This document shows, in pieces, positions 61,811 to 64,000 of a stretch of DNA of 64,000 nt. The notes under the pieces were generated by a model. It worked only from the letters and a program-made list of their open reading frames with translations. It ran no database searches and was not told the DNA's origin. The stretch lies in NCBI RefSeq assembly GCF_016903815.1, contig NZ_CP069973.1; one strand, 5' to 3'. The position numbers and the translations under genes are program-made. The DNA comes from Escherichia coli. Its GTDB lineage: Bacteria; Pseudomonadota; Gammaproteobacteria; Enterobacterales; Enterobacteriaceae. Position 1 is the first letter of the stretch, and every line of letters starts with the position of its first letter.

Positions 61811-64000
61811 TTAAGCGATGGCGTTCTCTTCCAGTTCACGCATAAACTGGCGTACCCATTCGATACGCGTTTTCCGCTCACTCAAATCCTGAATAAACTT
61901 CAGGCGCGTCGGACCATCAAGGCGGTAATGCTGCGGCTGTTTTTGCAGCAAACCAATCAACCAGGCCGGATCAACGTGATTCTTCTCGGCAAATTCGATC
62001 ACGCCGCCTTTCTCATTACCTTCCAGCTTCCTGATCCCCAGTTTCTGCGCTTGCTGGCGCAGACGGGCAATATCCAGCAGGGTACGCGCCGGATCCGGCA
62101 GCAGGCCGAAGCGATCGATAAGCTCAACTTTGATCTCTTCCAGTTCGTTTTCCGTTTTGGCGCTGGCAATACGTTTATAGAACGACAAACGCGTATTCAC
62201 GTCAGGAATGAAATCATCTGGCAATAGCGACGGCATCCGCAGCTCGACTTCTGTTTGCTGGCTGGTGAGATCTTCCAGCGACGGCTCGCGTCCGGCTTTC
62301 AGTGCATCGACGGCGTTTTCCAGCAACTCCATATACAGCGAGAAACCGATGGTTTCCATTGAGCCGCTTTGTTCTTCGCCAAGCAGTTCACCCGCGCCCC
62401 GAATCTCCAGATCGTGCGTTGCCAGCGCAAAACCTGCCCCGAGATCTTCCAGCGAGGCAATCGCTTCAAGACGTTTTTGTGCATCGGTAGTCATCGCTTT
62501 TGGATGCGGCGTCAGCAGCCATGCATATGCCTGATGATGCGAACGTCCGACGCGACCGCGTAACTGGTGCAGCTGCGCCAGACCGAAGTGATCCGCGCGT
62601 TCAATGATAATGGTGTTGGCTGTCGGGATGTCGATCCCGGTTTCGATAATGGTTGTACAAACCAGCACGTTGAAACGTTGATGATGGAAATCATTCATCA
62701 CCCGTTCCAGTTCGCGCTCGCGCATCTGCCCGTGACCGATGGCGATCCGCGCTTCTGGCACCAGTTCTGCCAGCCGTTCGGCGGCTTTCTGGATGTTTTC
62801 CACATCATTGTAGAGATAATAAACCTGTCCTCCGCGCAAAATTTCACGCAGGATCGCCTCCCGGACCACCAGACTGTCATACTCGCGGACAAACGTTTTG
62901 ACCGCCAGACGACGGGCGGGCGGCGTGGCAATAATCGACAGATCGCGCATTCCGCTCATCGCCATATTCAGCGTACGTGGGATCGGCGTAGCGGTAAGCG
63001 TCAGAATATCCACGTTCGCACGCATCGCTTTAATGCGCTCTTTATGACGCACCCCGAAGCGGTGTTCTTCATCGACAATCAGCAGGCCTAAATCTTTAAA
63101 CTTGACGTCACTTTGCAGCAGTTTGTGCGTACCGATCAGAATATCGATTTTCCCTTCCGCCACTTCCGCAAGGATTTGCGTCTGCTCTTTGGCGCTGCGG
63201 AAACGGGAGATCATTTCGATACGTACCGGCCAGTTGGCGAAACGGTCGCGGAAGTTGTCGTAATGCTGCTGCGCGAGAAGGGTGGTAGGCACCAGCACCG
63301 CCACCTGCTTGTGGTTATCTACTGCCAGGAAAGCGGCGCGCATCGCCACTTCTGTTTTACCAAAGCCAACATCGCCGCACACCAGACGATCCATTGCCAG
63401 CGGCTGACACATGTCGCTAAGTACCGCATTAATGGCCTGTGCCTGATCCGGCGTGGTTTCAAACGGGAAGCTGTCGCAGAACAACTGATACTGCTCGCGA
63501 TCGTGTTTAAACGCGAAGCCCTCTTTGGCGGCGCGTTGCGCGTAAATATCCAGTAATTCTGCCGCCACATCACGCACTTTTTCCGCCGCTTTCTGCCGCG
63601 CGCGTGACCACGCATCGCCGCCAAGTTTATGCAGCGGGGCGTTTTCTTCCGCGCCACCTGCGTAACGGCTAATCAGATGCAGTGACGACACCGGAACATA
63701 CAGTTTGGCGTCGTTGGCATAGGTGAGCATCAGGTACTCGCCAGTAATGCCGCCCGCTTCCAGCGTGGTCATTCCTGCATAACGACCGACACCGTGCTCC
63801 AGATGGACCACCGGCTGACCAATATGCAGCTCCGCGAGGTTACGGATCAGTGTATCGGGGTTGATGGCGCGGCGAGAATCCTGACGACGGCGGGCAACGC
63901 GTTCACCGAGCAGATCGCTTTCGCAGATCAGCGCCAGATTACGCACCGTATCGACAAAACCATGTTCGGCAGCGCCAATCATCAGATAACGCCCACGGTC
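61811..64000 (-). CDS. mfd: Transcription-repair coupling factor Mfd, 5'-partial (C-terminal ~730 aa)
   Basis: Matches the Mfd helicase/translocase and C-terminal domains (DEEHRFGV, GQVYY…); the reading frame continues past the window end. Confidence 0.95.
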   Translation of the reverse strand, partial: DRGRYLMIGAAEHGFVDTVRNLALICESDLLGERVARRRQDSRRAINPDTLIRNLAELHIGQPVVHLEHGVGRYAGMTTLEAGGITGEYLMLTYANDAKLYVPVSSLHLISRYAGGAEENAPLHKLGGDAWSRARQKAAEKVRDVAAELLDIYAQRAAKEGFAFKHDREQYQLFCDSFPFETTPDQAQAINAVLSDMCQPLAMDRLVCGDVGFGKTEVAMRAAFLAVDNHKQVAVLVPTTLLAQQHYDNFRDRFANWPVRIEMISRFRSAKEQTQILAEVAEGKIDILIGTHKLLQSDVKFKDLGLLIVDEEHRFGVRHKERIKAMRANVDILTLTATPIPRTLNMAMSGMRDLSIIATPPARRLAVKTFVREYDSLVVREAILREILRGGQVYYLYNDVENIQKAAERLAELVPEARIAIGHGQMRERELERVMNDFHHQRFNVLVCTTIIETGIDIPTANTIIIERADHFGLAQLHQLRGRVGRSHHQAYAWLLTPHPKAMTTDAQKRLEAIASLEDLGAGFALATHDLEIRGAGELLGEEQSGSMETIGFSLYMELLENAVDALKAGREPSLEDLTSQQTEVELRMPSLLPDDFIPDVNTRLSFYKRIASAKTENELEEIKVELIDRFGLLPDPARTLLDIARLRQQAQKLGIRKLEGNEKGGVIEFAEKNHVDPAWLIGLLQKQPQHYRLDGPTRLKFIQDLSERKTRIEWVRQFMRELEENAIA

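Noticed and set aside
62567-63091. 174-aa plus-strand ORF (and neighbouring plus-strand ORFs 61754..62227 and 63113..63556)
   Set aside because: All antisense to mfd, which is clearly the coding strand.

Overview
This window is an Escherichia coli-type chromosomal segment running from the 3' part of opgH (mdoH) to the 3' part of mfd, and it is almost entirely core genome. Gene order (by recollection of E. coli K-12; no database was searched): opgH, yceK, msyB, mdtG, lpxL, yceA/trhO, yceI, yceJ, yceO, solA, bssS, dinI, pyrC, yceB, grxB, mdtH, rimJ, yceH, yceM, murJ, flagellar region I (flgN, flgM, flgA, flgB to flgL), rne, rluC, yceF, yceD, rpmF, plsX, fabH, fabD, fabG, acpP, fabF, pabC, mltG/yceG, tmk, holB, ycfH, ptsG, fhuE, hinT, ycfL, lpoB, thiK, nagZ, ycfP, ndh, ycfJ, comR, bhsA, ldtC, mfd. 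Three things are not explained by that core backbone. First, a two-gene GNAT-acetyltransferase toxin / DUF1778 antitoxin module sits between flgL and rne. Second and third, two apparently identical IS200-type insertion sequences lie in direct orientation, one between fabF and pabC and one between bhsA and ldtC, bracketing about 16.2 kb that includes the essential genes tmk and holB. I found no CRISPR array, tRNA or rRNA gene, prophage or integron. I do not see evidence for a wholly new system: the toxin-antitoxin pair is the best candidate for follow-up, but it belongs to a described family and only its specific target and its location here are open. All coordinates come from reading the sequence and the ORF track; small regulatory elements are pattern matches and carry lower confidence.
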